Assembly: GCA_022813865.1 (NCBI GenBank)
Contig: JALDZX010000033.1
Coordinates: 186,001 to 246,356 of the forward strand
DNA length: 60,356 bases
Origin: Xylographa opegraphella
Lineage: Eukaryota
Direction: 5' to 3'
In this document: positions 13,346 to 26,419 of the stretch, piece after piece
Position numbering within the stretch: position 1 is the stretch's first letter
Layout: each line of letters opens with the position of its first letter
Position numbers and translations under genes: made by a program
Notes under the pieces: model-generated
What the model was told of the DNA's origin: nothing
What the model saw: only the letters and a program-made list of their open reading frames with translations
The model's database searches: none

Positions 13346-15138
13346 TACCTCCCAAGTGGTGCCGTAGCTGGCGACTCTTAGAGAGTACTTCCGAAAGAAC
13401 TGCATGTGTCGGCATTTTATCGGGCGCAAACCTGGCCAGATCGGCTTTGAGAACTATACGAGGCTTTTCCCACTGAAACGGGGTTCAGGCTATGCATGTT
13501 CTCCTCGTGACGACCAGCTGCGTAATATTCCCATATGTGTTACCTGCTTTTCACGATAACCTATAGCCCAGCCCGTCTATTTCCTTTGCAATTTTGGAGA
13601 ATTTTAGTGTTAAGCCTGAGCACAGCTCTCAGCAGGGCTTGAGCGTGTTTTAGAACGCGCGATAACAAGAATGATCCCTAATAAGCTTATGCCTCAAGCT
13701 TCACCGAAACAAATTTTGTAAAGACTATTAATCTAAGGCTTCTGACCAGCAAAGTTGTCCTAGCCGGCGGACGCTATAGCAATACTCAATTATAGGAACG
13801 TGTAAAGCACAAATTCTGGTAATGACTATGGCTTGCTCAAAGCCCTCTATTTCACTCCTACAATCATACTCAGCTCACAGTACTACATTATCTTGCAACT
13901 ACAGTCTGACGAACTCGGAGCAATTCGGTGGAGAAAGAGCGACAGCTCTCGCCAATCTTGATACGCACTTTTCGTTCTCGGAATTCTAGACTCATTCGAA
14001 ATGCGGGCGTTTGGTAGGTAGGTATACAATACCAGTTGTCCTAGGACTCTTAGCGAAGTGGATATTCCAAATGCCGATCCCTCACTCTGCCATTCTGCAC
14101 ACCAAGTCTTTGTTGTTTCACATCCATGCTGCAAGCTACCGCTTACATTTGGAGGGTCTGCCACGGGTTATGGGGTTAAGGTCCGATCCGTCCGGCCGAC
14201 GGCCTTCATTTCCCCTATTCCAGATGTCGCCTACAGTCTACTCGCACACCATTCCATCCCACCTTTCACAAAGACTTGCTTAGCAACATACAATGTGTGC
14301 TGAACTACAGGGTTCTTCTCCTGAGCCAACAGAAGGGGGTGTGTAGCTAAATGCTTGAACTAGAGAAAACTCTGACTATACCCGGGATATTACGCCTATA
14401 TGCCTGGCTCTGTTTCATGCTAAGAGCGGCATGATCAGAGAATGTCATACAGTAGTGCAGGTGACCTGCCCTCACGGGGGTGGCTTGTGCCCCCAATCTT
14501 CCAATCGTCTCTTGACGCAGTCCAACCTATTGACGGTGTGGAGACCGACCTTCAATGACAGTGTGGGGAATCACGCTCATTTTATTAGATGGTGATTCTA
14601 GCGCGTGCAACCCCGGGAGTCGTCATTAGCCCAGGTGCCACCAGGTTAAGCTTACTCCGCATTCAGAAGCTGCGAATCCGGTAAAACTTCAACGTTGAGT
14701 ATAGGAGGTACCTTACGTTATTCCAGACCGTGCTTGGTCCCACATTGCTTCTTGTCATACTACTGGCTAAGAGCGACAAGCAACTCCTGACATTATCGAT
14801 CATGAGGGCCAAACAAGATTTCTCCCACGGGACCAAAATAGTTAACGCTCCCACCCACAGGTGAACGGACAAGTCTAGAGGCGAGACTACCTCCCTTACA
14901 TGGCCGCCATCATGCTTGCCTGTCCTGGCACGAAGTTCGAAAACGTCCACTTGTGGATGCTGTCAATCACAAATGTGCATTCAATTTAGACTGGGTCGTC
15001 GAGGCATAGTGCCACGGTGTCTTGCGACCCATCCACCATTTATATGTCGTCTAGCTACCCCCTCCTACAATGTAAAGGGACTTCATTTCTTCTTCCCTCG
15101 GTCTCTAATTGCTTCATCAGCTCGTGCTTTTCGCAAAA

Positions 15139-17945
15139 ATGCGTTTTCTAGGTGCACTACCTTTCTTGCTTGGAGCTACTGTCGCCGATTTTCACGTGAA
15201 CATACCGGAAATTATAGAAGCCGTTGACCACGCACTGAACGAATTCGAGCATTGGCAGCACTATCATGGTCCTACTGGCACAGCGACCGCTGTGCTCCAC
15301 AGTACAGCCACAGCAAAGCCGACCGCCACCGCCTCGCCGAGCTGCGACCCATATTGGTTAGAGAACATTAATCACCAGGGTATTTCGGCCTTCAATCCGG
15401 ATAAAACTTACCAAGTCTTTCGCAATGTGAAAGACTTCGGTGCGAAGGGGTTCGTATCAACGACGCGCTCCTCGAACTCTATTCCATATTAACCCCGATT
15501 TGAAGTGATGGCATTACGGACGATACTGCGGCCATTCAACTGGCGATGACGACTGGGAATAGGTAAGATATGCTGAGTGGTCCTGAGGGCCAGTATGCGC
15601 CAGTGCTAATATATGTAGATGTGCTCCCGGCGTATGCGAGTCGTCTACTCTGACGCCCGCCATTGGTTGGAGAATTACCATGCAGAATTTGGAAGACCGT
15701 ACTTACTGACATTCCGGTGTAGTGTACTTCCCTGCAGGAACCTACGTGATATCCTCTTCGATCATCGATTATTATTTCACACAGATCATTGGTAATCCTA
15801 ATTGTCCTCCGACTTTGAAAGCGACACCTGGTTTTACGGGTTTTGGGCTCATCGACGGCGACCAGTACCAGGCCGGTGGCGTTCTTGGATTTGGAGCCAC
15901 AAATATCTTCTATAGGCAGGTCCGAAACCTTGTTTTTGACATGACAGCTATTCCTTCAACTTCTGCCGCTACGGGCATCCATTGGCCCACTGCTCAGAGC
16001 ACGAGTCTTCAGAATTGCGAATTCTTGATGTCAGATGCTCCGGGCACCCAACATCAGGGATTGTTCATTGAAAGCGGTTCCGCTGGATTTATGACTGATC
16101 TTGTGTTCTATGGTGGTCTTGTCGCAGCCAATATTGGCAATCAGCAGTACACCATGCGGAATTTCACCATCTACAATGCCGTCACCGGTGTCAATATGCT
16201 CTTCGACTGGGGTTGGACCTTCAAATCTTTCAATATTCAAAACTGCAGTATTGGACTTGATATGACTTCGGGAGGCCCAACTGCTCAAAGCGTTGGATCT
16301 ATCACTTTCTTTGATAGCTCTATCACCAACACTCCTGTTGCTTTCAACATCGCTCATAACAATGCGTCGCTTCCCCCAACTGCAGGTAGTGTTATTCTGG
16401 AAAATGTGGCTCTGAACAACGTACCTGTTGCTGTACAAGGTCCGGGTGGTATGGTAGCTCTGGCAGGAACGACCGGATCAACTATTATCGCTGCATGGGG
16501 CGATGGTCATGAATATATCCCAAAAGGGCCTACCAACTTCGAAAGTCCCATTCAGCCTGCTCAGCGACCCGGTTCTTTGCTTTTTGGGGGGGCATATTAC
16601 CAGCGTTCTAAGCCGCAATACAGCTCAAGTCCCGTCTCTCAATTCATCAGTGCACGGTCAAATGGCGCTACTGGTAATGGTATTTCTGATGATACACTTG
16701 CGCTGCAGGCACTCTTCCTCAGGTCATCTTTAACAGGACAGATTGCATTTCTTGATGCAGGTACCTATAGAGTTACTAGAACGGTATTGATCCCTCCCGG
16801 TGCAAAAGTTGTTGGAGAAACCTACCCCATCATCGTGGCCAGCGGTGCGTTCTTCAGTAATATGAAGAACCCTCAAGCGGTGCTGCAGGTAGGACTGGGT
16901 GGACAATTTGGCTATGTTGAGCTGTCTGAGTATGTATGCAATGGGCTTACGATCTTCATTGTCTGATGCATCTAGTTTCGTCGTTGGTACTCAAGGCCCA
17001 ACTGCCGGAGCTATATTGATAGAATACAATCTGCGTGGCGCAGGTACTCCTTCTGGGATCTGGGACGTCCACACCAGAATTGGAGGTTTTGCAGGATCCA
17101 ACTTACAACTTGCCCAGTGTCCGACCACGCCTACTACACCTACACCACCAGCACCAGTTAATGCTAACTGCATTGCCGCTTTCATGTCGATGCACATCAC
17201 GCAATCAGCATCCAACCTCTACATGGAAAATAACTGGTTTTGGACTGCTGATCATGATATTGAGGATCCTAACGATACTCAGATTACCATATACACCGGT
17301 AGAGGTTTATATGTAGAGAGTGCGGCGGGAACGATCTGGCTGTAAGTCCTGGGAACTGCTTGTCCGGGGCTACATGGTAGACTAATTATCCACTGATAGC
17401 TGGGGCACCGCCGTGGAGCATCATTCCCTTTACCAGTACCAGTTCGCCAACACTCAGAACATCTTCATGGGTCAGATTCAAACTGAGACCGCGTTAGTCA
17501 CACTCTCGTTTTTCTGCATTCAATTCCACTAATTCTTTGCAGATATTACCAGCCGAATCCCAATGCCACTGTACCCTTTCCTCCTGTTGCTGCTCTGAAT
17601 GACCCGAACTTCGTAACCTCCTGTGTCGGTGTCCCCGGCAACTGTGCTGATGGTTGGGGCCTCAGGATCCTCAACTCGCAGTCCTTGATGGTCTATGGTG
17701 CAGGTCTCTATTCGTTCTTCGATAATTACAGCACCACGTGCTCAGATGCTGGTAACGGGGAAGCATGTCAATCGCGTATATTTGACATAGAGGGGAACTT
17801 AAAGAATATCAACGTGTATAATCTCAACACAATCGGCGCAACCAGCATGATAACCCAAAACGGTGTGAGTTTGGCAAGCTACGCAGACAATATCAACGTA
17901 TTTCCAGATACGATCGCATTATTCAGAACAACTGGGACGACTTAG
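15139..17945 (+). CDS. Secreted GH55 exo-beta-1,3-glucanase
   Basis: Signal peptide, YWLENINHQG, VFRNVKDFGAKGDGITDDTAAI, VYFPAGTYVIS, second pectate-lyase-3-like repeat GNGISDDT, WDVHTRIGG, ENNWFWTADHDIED; multi-exon. Confidence 0.93.
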
Positions 17946-18394
17946 TGGACAGGAAATGAGGCCAATAGCACGTTCATGGTGACGGGTGGGGTTGCGGAGG
18001 TTGTTCAGCATGGGGCAAGATTGAAAGGTTGAGTTATATACATATATTGTAGGACTATTATGGAGCGTATACAAAAGGTCATGGTTTCTTCTGCTACATG
18101 CTATCACGAGACGTCCAGTATGGAGCTCTTCGTCTTGACGTTGAAATGTAAAGTATTCAATTCATCGACAACGCCTACATAAGGTAGGTACGAAGGCTCG
18201 GAGTTACCGTACATGGTAGTGAATTTTGCCAAGACGCTAGAAGCCTGCCTATTCCCCATGGGAGCTCGACTTTCTTTCTCGTCAACTCCATTACGATTCT
18301 GGAGCACTTACTAAATATTTTGCGTTCTCCCTTCCTCGAATCCACACATCTTAAGAAACCCAGTCCTCCATCTGTTTCATAGACGTCCCTTAGC

Positions 18395-19338
18395 ATGGCC
18401 AACGCTCTTGGTGCGGTCTCTCGCTATTCCATCCCCATCGCCGCCGCAATCTTCCTCGGTCAAGCCTCCATTTACGATGTCAAGGGCGGTAGCCGCGCTG
18501 TAATCTTTGATCGGTTGAACGGAGTCAAAGATACTGTTGTCAACGAAGGCACTCACTTTCTCATCCCCTGGTTACAAAGACCCATCATCTACGATGTGCG
18601 TACCAAACCGCGGAACATCAGCACCACCACCGGTAGCAAAGACTTGCAGATGGTCACCTTGACACTCAGAGTGCTGCACCGTCCAGAAGTCAAGATGCTC
18701 CCAAAGATCTACCAGGTACGACCTAAAATTCCGATGTGCCTCAACGGAGAACAGGCCCCTCTACTTCGCACTTTCATTTTCAGACCACGCTAATCCTCTT
18801 CATAATCCAGTCCCTCGGCCTTGATTACGACGAGCGAGTACTCCCCTCGATCGGCAACGAAGTTCTTAAAGCCATCGTCGCGCAGTTCGACGCCGCCGAA
18901 CTGATCACGCAGCGTGAAGCCGTCTCAGGCCGCATCCGCGCGGACCTACTCAAGCGGGCCTCGGAGTTCAACATCGCGCTCGAAGACGTATCGATCACGC
19001 ACATGACATTCGGCAAGGAGTTTACCAAGGCCGTCGAGCAGAAGCAGATCGCCCAGCAGGACGCAGAGCGAGCGCGCTTCATCGTCGAGAAGGCCGAGCA
19101 GGAGCGCCAGGCAAACGTCATTCGCGCAGAAGGGGAGGCGGAGAGTGCGGACATCATTAGCAAGGCGGTGGCAAAGGCGGGAGATGGGTTGATCATGATA
19201 CGGAGGATTGAGGCCAGTAGGGAGATTGCGCAGACATTGGCAGGAAATCCGAATGTGACGTATCTGCCCGGTGGAGGCGAGGGAGGCGGGAAGGATGGGA
19301 AGGGCGGGACGAGCTTGTTGCTGGGATTGAGGTCGTAG
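18395..19338 (+). CDS. PHB1: Prohibitin 1
   Basis: [15 protein letters not shown]...TGSKDLQMV...[19 protein letters not shown]...[15 protein letters not shown]; one intron. Confidence 0.96.
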
Positions 19339-19849
19339 GGAAGCCGTCATGAGTGGTAGCTGGAGGATGTGCAAACAGAGAGGATCGGAGACAGTTCCCA
19401 TCGAATGTGACTAATTATTGAGGGAAAAGCGTTACTGTAGCATAGGAAATTCATCTTCTCCCATTCTCAACGAGGAATATTTCGTTCTGCAACAATGTGG
19501 TGATGGCGGCAATTTATAGCCTTTTCTCTGGGTCATGTGTGAGTAGTACGCTGCTTAGGAGGCCATCATCAAGCACGGCGGTAGTACTATATATGATACA
19601 TACACTTACATCTAGGATTCGTTGGCCCATCGTCAAATCAAAAGGGGTTCATTGTAGTGATTACGAAGGAACACGAATTCAACGAATCCTCGATATTACC
19701 GAGTGATTGCACGGTTTGAATTCTCAGGGAAAACACCGGTTCCTTTTGTTCGCCGATCCATATATATATCTAATATCTATACATTGAAACTGCTGCTCCT
19801 GGAAACACTAACCTCGTTCACCCACTCCACCCTTTCGCCAGCCTTCAGC

Positions 19850-20319
19850 TCAAGCGACGTCACAAATCACCGAAACCTTTGCTTGTGGTGGGTTGATGTC
19901 AATGGTGCCCGCATCCGGGAGGAAGCCACCGCCGCCGTCACTGCCGAAAAAATTGCAGTTGCCACCCCCGTTCGAGTAGATGGACGAAACGCTCATGGGG
20001 TTCGCTGCGTGATATTGTTAGGGACTGGATGAGACCCCTTCGCACCGAGCGTGACTATCCCATGAAATGAACAGTAGGCGGGTTGGGTGGGTTTTCACAT
20101 CGGGATGACCGTTCTGGGGGTCTGGAAATGGGGAGACTTACTGATGGGGTGTGGAGAATCATCCGTCGGGACGTTCATATCGTAGGAGTCCCCTGCGGCG
20201 CCGTAGAACGTGAGGCTGACTTTGAACTCTTCGCGGGGCGAGGCTTGGACAGCTGTTGGTGCGGCTTGAGTCACAGCGGCGAGGATGGTGGCCATGATAG
20301 AGAGGGTGGAAGACTTCAT
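19850..20319 (-). CDS. Small secreted protein (~110 aa, 2 Cys)
   Basis: Signal peptide MKSSTLSIMATILAAVTQA; intron 20141-20005; exon 2 TNPMSVSSIYSNGGGNCNFFGSDG...VSVICDVA*. Confidence 0.75.
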
Positions 20320-21681
20320 TTTGGGATACCGCTGATTGGGCAAAGATGGCTATGGTATAGGCGTTGTTAGGATGAGAACACTTGAGAGTAGAATAATGAA
20401 GAGGGATATCGGCCCTTCTTTATATACATGTCGAGCGTCGCATAAAGGTCACGTTTAGAGGGAAGTCTGCATTGTATTAGAGTCCTGGCAGGTGTTAATG
20501 TCGACTCTTGCCCTAGCTTGCTAGGTAGTGTACGGGCTGCTCGTGTTCTTTGTTCAGGTGACGAGTCGCAGCTAGGGTTAAAGATGATGCAGGATCCCAG
20601 CTCGCAACGCATGAGGAAAGGCGCCCCCAAGGCTGAACAAGAACGCACCCTGTCTGACGTGAGATGCCTCGTGTATGAGTGGTAGTGGTGTCGATCGATG
20701 GTGTACGCAATGGCACATCACGCCATGGATATTCCATGACTGTTCCCACTACCGTGCCTTTGACAGGAATCATAAGAACGAAAGAGCATAAGAGAAAGAG
20801 CGGAGAATCAACGAATTAGGTGGAGCGTAACAACATGAATGTCAACGGTACTTGCGAATGGTGAACAATCTTAGAAGACAACACCACAGACAGAATCTCA
20901 TAACAGCGATATGATTATGACTTTCAGGGAGTAGTGAAATAAACGGTACTATAGCATATGAGCGGGCAAACATCCGAATCTGTATATGGTATCAATGAGG
21001 CTGACTTTTCGTGTTAGTGTCGGCCATTAGGACCGGAGAGCAGGCTTTATGGCCTCGTCTAAATAAATACTCTTTCTTATACGGTTCGTTGATTTCAAAG
21101 ATATCCAAGTCGTCTCGATAAACAGGATTGGAGCTGGTGCATGACCGTAGGGTGGCATAGCAACAAGCCGCTAAAGTAATCGAGCTGTCGCATGGGACTA
21201 GGAAGAACGTGTATTGTACCTACTTAGTACGATAGGACAATTGATTGGGAATGACATAGGATGTCGAGCATAATGGTCAGCCATTTCGGCATTGAGCTCC
21301 ACTGCAAAGTAATGAAATTATTTGTCTAGTAATAACGCTTCTTGAATTCAGCTATTTCATCGAGATATATAAGTGTGGACAGAACGGCAGTGGTATAGGA
21401 TAGTCCTAGATAACCTAATCGGGGTTAAGTCAATCCCTATCTTCGACATCTTACACAACAAGCGATGATGGATAAACATCTTCATTGAAGACTGGGCGAG
21501 GAATGTACAATTTTGGTTGTCCACAGGTGTTTCTGGGCTTGGGATGACATCGGCGCTTACTGCAGACTATGATTTGGTTCCGTTTTTGCTGACAGGTCCA
21601 GCATGTACACCAAATATGAGTCATTCCCTTGAATTGTTTAGTTCTGTTTGATATCGATTGAAGCCAGCAACTTCAGTAGCC

Positions 21682-23779
21682 ATGGATTTCTTCGATTGGG
21701 AAAATGCGGTTACATCAGATGCCGGGGATTTATCAGAGTTGCTGGCATCAATTACTCCGCTTGATCTACCTGCAAGCCCACCGCCTCATTCACATCAGAG
21801 CATCTCTGACGCTGATCTACTTGGACTATCCTTACCCCAACATTGCCATTCTCAAGACAGCGTAGTTGGCTTGGATCGAAATGTGGATGAAAGGTTTCTT
21901 GATTGGCCCTCTACGCAGGTATGACGACCACAGGAATGTCGATTCTTGCATGCTGAATTGGTAAAGCAAGTCGAGCTGGAAGAAAACGCAGGCTACAATG
22001 TCTCCCATGTCGATTCGCATCACATCAGTTTAGTCCCTAGCGAACTGAGACCGACACCAGAATCACTGCAGTTCACGCAGCCAAACGCCAATCTTTTGGG
22101 CTTAAAAACTACTCGGCCCAGGAAGAATAGTGGTACGGGAGCTAAACTATCGCTATCTGCTATAAAGGTACTCAAGGAATGGGTCCAGGACCATGCCCGA
22201 CATCCATATCCCACTGAACTTGAGAGGGAGGAATTGAGGGTCATGACCGGTTTGCGGAAAGAGCAGATCAGCAACTGGCTAGCGAATGCGCGTCGACGAG
22301 GCAAAGTTCCGCCTGCTGCAGGCTCTTTGTCCTCAAACTCCGTACGGAGCAAGGACCCTGGGCCCCATACGACTTCGAACCCAGTAAACATACCTTTATG
22401 GGGGGATGATCAACAAGAGTCGACTCTTCACCCATTGGATCGGTGAGCAGGATTGATCTTTGCAATTTTGCTCAGAGCTCTTGTGCTAATATTTAATGCT
22501 CCTCTCGAGTTGGCGGAATTCACCTCCTGAAGACGAACCTGCATCTGTGTCCGCGATCACAAATGCTATGGCTTCAACAGATTCTGTGGACAACCTTGCC
22601 CTGCCGGGCTTTACCGGGTCCAGGACTTGTCTCAATGAGAGTGACAGCAATGTCTATGCTGGATATAGAGCCCTTTCCGTGTCTTCATTGGATACAGGCG
22701 GATCGAGTGGCTCCGATTGGTCTCACAGTCAATCATCAAACCAATCCCATGATTCCACACTTTCGCGATCTTCCCAGCACCGGCAGTCACGCAGGAGGCG
22801 CAAAACCGGTGTGAAGCAAAATAAAGTACGACACGCTGATCGCGATCGTCCATACGAATGTACGTTTTGTACGGATAATTTTAAGACCAAGTATGACTGG
22901 CAACGACATGAGAAAACTTATCATTTGAGTTTAGAGCGTTGGCAGTAAGACAAGATCTTGCTATTGTAAACCTAGTGTTTTTCTACGCTAAGCTCTTGCA
23001 GATGTGCTCCCTTTGGACCAACCCAGGATGGAGGAGGTTCCTGTGCTTTTTGTGGCCAGCTCTACACCACTTCTGACCATTTCGAGACACATAACTATCG
23101 CGCTTGTGCCGAACAGCCAGAGCACGTACATACCTTTTTTCGCAAAGATCACTTCCGCCAGCATTTACGCTTATTTCACAATAAGTGTGATTATCACGCT
23201 CCTGCTATGGACAGCTGGGTAAGCTACGACTACGACGTACGCTCTCGATGCGGCTTTTGCAATACTGAGATTCATAGCTGGCCAGAAAGAGTCGAACATC
23301 TTTCAGTACACTTCAAAAAAGGGACTACCATGAAAGACTGGAAAGGAGATCATGGATTTGAACCAAGAATTGAAGACATTGTAGAGAACGCTGTCCCTCC
23401 GTACATGATACAATTCGAAAAAACAACTCCTGATCCCTTTTCCGCCGAGAGCGATTCTCATCGGCGCACAGCGATACTCAACTCAGACTCTACAATACAT
23501 TGGACATCGGCGTCGCAATGTGGGTACTTAGACCTGCAAAAGCAGCTAGACTCGTACATCAAAGAGCAGATTGCGAGGGACCACGTTCCTACTGACCACG
23601 AGATCCGAGATCATGCTCGTGTACTTGTCTTTGGCGGGGACGATACTTGGAACCAGACTCGAGCGGATATCCCGGAGTGGCTTGAGCACTTCAAATTGCG
23701 TGCCGGTTTGATCTCTCTTCCTGCTATACCTGGGCGGAACGCCTACGTTGGCCGCGATAAGGCATCCTCGGGCTCCTGA
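21682..23779 (+). CDS. TALE/KN-type homeobox plus C2H2 zinc-finger transcription factor
   Basis: HPYPTELERE...QISNWLANARRR homeodomain; YECTFCTDNFKTKYDWQRHEKTYH; further C2H2-like motifs (CGFC...HLSVHF); three introns. Confidence 0.88.
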
Positions 23780-25447
23780 GGCTTAGTGGACACTGTTCCT
23801 TAACACTGCGCACTTGCTCGCTGATTTATAGACCATATTGAACAGTTTGCTGCCTGGCTCGGATAGCGTTAATTCGGTAAAATTCCTAGAGCGGATGTTC
23901 GATCTACTCTCTAATTTGTCTGACACGTTCGAACGCTTTTGGGATCCCACCTTCCTAGAATTTGATGCCATCTCTGGACGACGTGTTGCTATATCTTTCG
24001 CCACTAGTACGATTAAACCTACACAGCGACCTTTGAAGCCTGTCAGATTACATATTCTTGTTACCTTAGGACACTCTGCCGAGGTGAGAATGCAGGTCCG
24101 ATGTGCAGTCTATGGCTAGACACATAGCATCAGCCGTCATTAGAGAACAGAGAAGAGGAAACTCATTTCTCAACCAATATACGAATGATATGCAGACCTC
24201 GGGAAAAATTCAAGGAAAATCGCCAAGGATGTGGAATATAAGACGCTTGGGGTCAGGGTTAATTCGCTTTCGTCTTTCGCTTGTTTTTCACACTGCTAGA
24301 TCAGGATGCTGGTACTGAACTTTAGAAGATGCGTCTGTACTCTCCGTGTCTTTTCTCTGAAAACACATGGCTCATCGGGCGGAAATGGCGAGAGCGGCCG
24401 ATATCATGAACGGCAATGATTCCCATGACGCTCACATGGAAAGTAAGGCATTGTCGCTGAACAGTAACCTGGGTCGTTCTGCGGCGGACCGGGGGCTGGA
24501 ACGACAGTCCGATCGCTGGGGTTTAAGGTGGTATTGCTACGGCTTAGGCGTCGTTCCCTGTTCAAGTCAAGGTGTCATGGACTTCACCGCTTATCAGATA
24601 AGGCCGTAGAGTAAATTTAGCAATTACTGTCCGATTCCTGAATCTGCAGTTATGGAAACTTACCAAAAGTAGAATTGTTGTAGTCTACTGCTAGTGCTAG
24701 GGCTAGACCCATGTTTAAATGGTTAGCGCGTTTCCACCGACATCACACAAGGGTGCTATGCTTGAAACCACAGAGATAAAGAACAAAGACGAATCAATCA
24801 CGACCGAGATCCAGATATAATCCCCAACTCTCGTGGCACGTGTGACAGAATCACCAGAAGTACAGACACATGCAGCTTGAGGAAATGGCAGAATTCAGAT
24901 GAGTTGAGGGTATAGCCCTGAAGCTATTGCGGCCTTGGTCGCAGCGATTATGGCTGCCTCTCATGATATCTTTTGCTCTTCTTTGACTTATGTGGCACCC
25001 CAAAAATGAACTCTGCATCGAGCTTGTCTATGCCGAGAGTTGAACACACCTCGCAACGGCCCGCACACGGTGACTGGGTCATCAGATATCAAAGTCTAGA
25101 ACCATCTCTGGACGGCTCGCCTATGGTACTGAGTATTGAAGCTAAAGCGCCAGTATTTCCTGAACTTGGGCTATTCGCTAGCCCGCGCGAGACCATCGGG
25201 TAGTTTAGCTCACGCTATTGGAGCTGGTTGAAAAGCCTTTCAAAAGGTGGCTGGCGATCAACTCAGTTTCGACTGAATGGAGCGAGCTGAATGCCAGCAC
25301 AGTATTATTGGATAATGTTCGAGGCCCCTTTCGAAGCAATTCTGCTTCGAGAACGGATCTATGAAACTGACTCGGTGTTCTACTTTTCACGTCCAGCTCA
25401 ATTCAAAATATCTTCTTTAATACCATCTCTCATCTATATTGCACAGT

Positions 25448-25871
25448 ATGGGTTTCTGGGATGGCGTTTTCAATGTGGTGTCGGCAATTCCTGTGGTAGG
25501 ACACGTGACGGCCGGCATTCAATTTCTTGCAGGCGATAACGAAGGCGCTCAAAAGTCCCTGGTTTCCAGCATCGGCACCCTCGTTGGTACTCTCGGCGCT
25601 GTCCGGGGGCTTCATGATTGGCGGACCTTCTGGTGCTGTCACTGGAGGTGCTGCGGGCGCAGCCGTTGGAGGACTGATCGAGAGGAAGATAAACGGACAG
25701 GATCTTGACTTGAGTGTCTCGAAACTTGAAGGTGATGCTGTTTTTGGTGGTATCACTTCGATGCTAGGTGGAGGTACCACCACCGGTCTCATCAAGGGTG
25801 CGGGACAAGCCACGGTGAGTAGCGCGGCGAAAATCACTATATTTGAATCCGGCGGTCAAATCATGAAGTAA
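25448..25871 (+). pseudogene. Glycine-zipper membrane protein gene with a +1 frameshift (pseudogene or sequence error)
   Basis: MGFWDGVFNVVSAIPVVGHVTAGIQFLAGD...GTLGAV continues as GGFMIGGPSGAVTGGAAGAAVGGLIE only if one C at 25603-25604 is removed. Confidence 0.65.
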
Positions 25872-26419
25872 GTCCTGGGGTCCGGACTAGCTCACCAAAA
25901 AAGATCAGCAAGTGCTTACTGGCGTGTATGAACAGAAGTGCAACGGAGCAGATATATGCAAAACTGGGCCCTACGGATTTTAGCGCATATAATAATGATC
26001 AACTGAAGCAAACTTTCAATTTCTTCAGAATCGCATATCGTTGCAGTAGTCCGTATGCCAGCAGCGCAATCGGTGACGGAGCAGAGCAATTCAAATCTAA
26101 AATTTTGTCGACCAACTGATATTCGGCCTGTATAGTCAGCAGCAGGCCGGAGCATTCGGCTCCCTGGTGTACGGAACTCTATAGAGACCAAGTCAAATGC
26201 TAGCGTCAATGGCTGAAGTCTTATAAACCCGAAACATTTTCCTTATGAGAAATCTCCTACAGCAATTCAGTCGCGTCCCTATTTGCCCTTATTTTTGGGA
26301 GATAATGTGGAGAATGCGCTTGATTGACTCGATGGCGCAGCTTCTCTCACTCTGCTCCTACCATCCACATTTTATCAACGACCAAAGAGCTTTCCTACCC
26401 GTATCTACCGGGCTATCTA

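Noticed and set aside
24899..25010. Possible decayed small membrane-peptide gene (MS*GYSPEAIAALVAAIMAA)
   Set aside because: Too short, with an internal stop and no supporting exon structure.
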